DNA from: Anthoceros angustus
Lineage: Eukaryota; Plantae; Anthocerotophyta
Direction of reading: 5' to 3'
Length of the DNA: 64,000 nucleotides
Assembly (NCBI GenBank): GCA_010909165.1
Contig: VJWM01000288.1
Span: 1 to 64,000 of the forward strand
The translations under genes were made by a program, and so were the position numbers. Under the pieces are notes generated by a model. The model saw only the letters and a list, made by a program, of their open reading frames with translations, ran no database searches and was not told the DNA's origin. Of the stretch, positions 62,482 through 64,000 are shown piece by piece; the stretch's first letter is position 1, and every line of letters starts with the position of its first letter.

Positions 62482-64000
62482 TCAGCAACCCCAGGAGAAA
62501 AAATTATGCTGCACTCCGTCTGTGTCAGTCCACCAGCTCTGGCCTGGCTGTTTCCGAGCCCTTGTGCCTGCTCGCATCGCTTCCATCTCTGCTGCCTGCC
62601 CCCACATCTGGGCACCCGTGTATACATTCAACATCAACAAATACGCCGCGGCGTCTGTCTTGTCTAGTTTCACCGCCTCATCGAAGGCAAAGCGGCCGAC
62701 CTCCACATTGCTCCACTTCCGACAAGCGCCTAATAGGGTGTGCCAAACTGCAACATCGGGGGGCACAGGCATCGTCCTTGCCATAACTAGTGCCTCATCC
62801 AGTCGGCCTGCACGGCCAAGGAGATCTACCATGCACGTGTAATGCTCCAGCGTGGGAGTGATGCCATACCGTCTGCTCATGGCCTCGAAGTACTGTTGCC
62901 CCTGGTTTACTAGACCTGTGTGGCTGCAGACTGTTAATATACTGAGAAAGGTGATGATGTCAGGCTGTATCCCATCCTCTCCCATTCTGGTGACCAAGTG
63001 AAACACTACCTCACTTTCTCCTTGACGGGTGTATCCTGAAATTAGTGCGTTCCAGGCAACAACGTCTCTGTCGGGCATTGCCTCGAAAGCTTGCTGTGCT
63101 TCAACCATGCTTCCACAGTTTCCATACATGTTTACCAAACTTCCGCCCAGAAGCACGTCAGCTTGAAGCCCTTGCTGTTTGATCTGTGCATGGAGTTGCC
63201 TCCCCAGATCCAAATCTCCCACACCTGCACATGCCTGAAGGAGGCACAAAAATGTCACGGAGTTGGGTGCAACAACACCTTCTTCTTGCATTAACCTGTA
63301 AAGACCAAGGGCTTTCTGCCGCATGCCTTGCTGCAAATATCCTGCTATCATGGCACTCCACGTCACCACATTCTTGGTACGAAGTCCGTCAAAAACTCTT
63401 TGAGCGTCCTCTGGGCTGCCGCACTTTGCATACATGTTTACCAAACTGCTGGCAAGAAAAACATCCGCATCAAGTTCTCGTTCTCTGATTTGTGCATGAA
63501 GCTCCCTCCCACTCTCCACAGCCGGGGCACCCACGCTTGCACATGCCTGGAGGAGGCACGCAAAAGTCACAGCATTGGGTGTAACAATGCCCTCTTCTTG
63601 CATGGCCCTGTAAAGACGGAGGGCTTGCTGCCCCATGCCCTGCTGGGAGTATCCTGCTATCAGGGCACTCCATGTGACTATATTCTTTTCACCAAGTTCA
63701 TCAAACACACGCTGAGCATCCTCTAGGCTGCCGCATTTTGAATACATGTTCACCAAGCTGTTGGCTACAAACACATCAGCCTGAAGTTCTCGTTTGCGAA
63801 TTTGCATATGAAGCTGCCTCCCGTTCTCCAAAGCTGGGCTGCCCACACTTGCACAGGCCTGCAAGAGGCACAAAAATGTTACAGAATCGAGAGCCACAAT
63901 GCCTTCTGTTTGCATAGCCCTGTAAAGACGAAGGGCTTCCTGCCCCATGCCCTGCTGGGAGTATCCAGCTATCATGGCATTCCACGTCACCACGTTCTTC
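62482..64000 (-). CDS. PLS-class PPR protein with E1/E2 and WW-type PG box, no DYW domain; 5' end outside window
   Basis: Repeating P-L-S triplets (VTWNAMIAGYSQQG / VTFLCLLQACA / SLVNMYSKCGSLEDAQRVFD), ACSH-like VCSHTGLV, EHYTCMVDLLGRAG, WHTLLGAC, ending RKQPGQSWWTDTDGVQHNFFSWGC*; frame is open to the window edge. Confidence 0.95.
   Translation of the reverse strand, partial: KNVVTWNAMIAGYSQQGMGQEALRLYRAMQTEGIVALDSVTFLCLLQACASVGSPALENGRQLHMQIRKRELQADVFVANSLVNMYSKCGSLEDAQRVFDELGEKNIVTWSALIAGYSQQGMGQQALRLYRAMQEEGIVTPNAVTFACLLQACASVGAPAVESGRELHAQIRERELDADVFLASSLVNMYAKCGSPEDAQRVFDGLRTKNVVTWSAMIAGYLQQGMRQKALGLYRLMQEEGVVAPNSVTFLCLLQACAGVGDLDLGRQLHAQIKQQGLQADVLLGGSLVNMYGNCGSMVEAQQAFEAMPDRDVVAWNALISGYTRQGESEVVFHLVTRMGEDGIQPDIITFLSILTVCSHTGLVNQGQQYFEAMSRRYGITPTLEHYTCMVDLLGRAGRLDEALVMARTMPVPPDVAVWHTLLGACRKWSNVEVGRFAFDEAVKLDKTDAAAYLLMLNVYTGAQMWGQAAEMEAMRAGTRARKQPGQSWWTDTDGVQHNFFSWGC

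Overview
Nuclear DNA of a seed-free land plant, most likely a hornwort (inferred from compact GC-rich genes with short introns and a PLS-class PPR gene with a 'WW' PG-box). Bases ~1-25,000 are nested transposons. A decayed Ty1/copia element (minus strand) is split by a 2.1-kb non-autonomous TIR element with a 4-bp TSD. A second copia element (LTRs 7138-7352 and ~24724-24936) carries a ~12.6-kb insertion in its leader. That insertion is the most unusual part of the window: it encodes, divergently, a ParB-like domain fused to a beta-class N4/N6 DNA amino-methyltransferase and a DUF7869/Sola-like DDD transposase, plus a third unknown ORF, and its putative introns repeat a 12-mer. Bases ~25,500-64,000 are gene space: a LYK3/EPR3-type LysM receptor kinase, OS9, MED27, an intronless CRF-domain AP2/ERF gene with a candidate conserved-peptide uORF, an NADP-isocitrate dehydrogenase with both a transit peptide and a C-terminal SKL, an intronless SEC6, and a PLS-E PPR editing factor running off the right edge. 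All family assignments come from motif recognition by eye, and boundaries of spliced or frameshifted genes are approximate.
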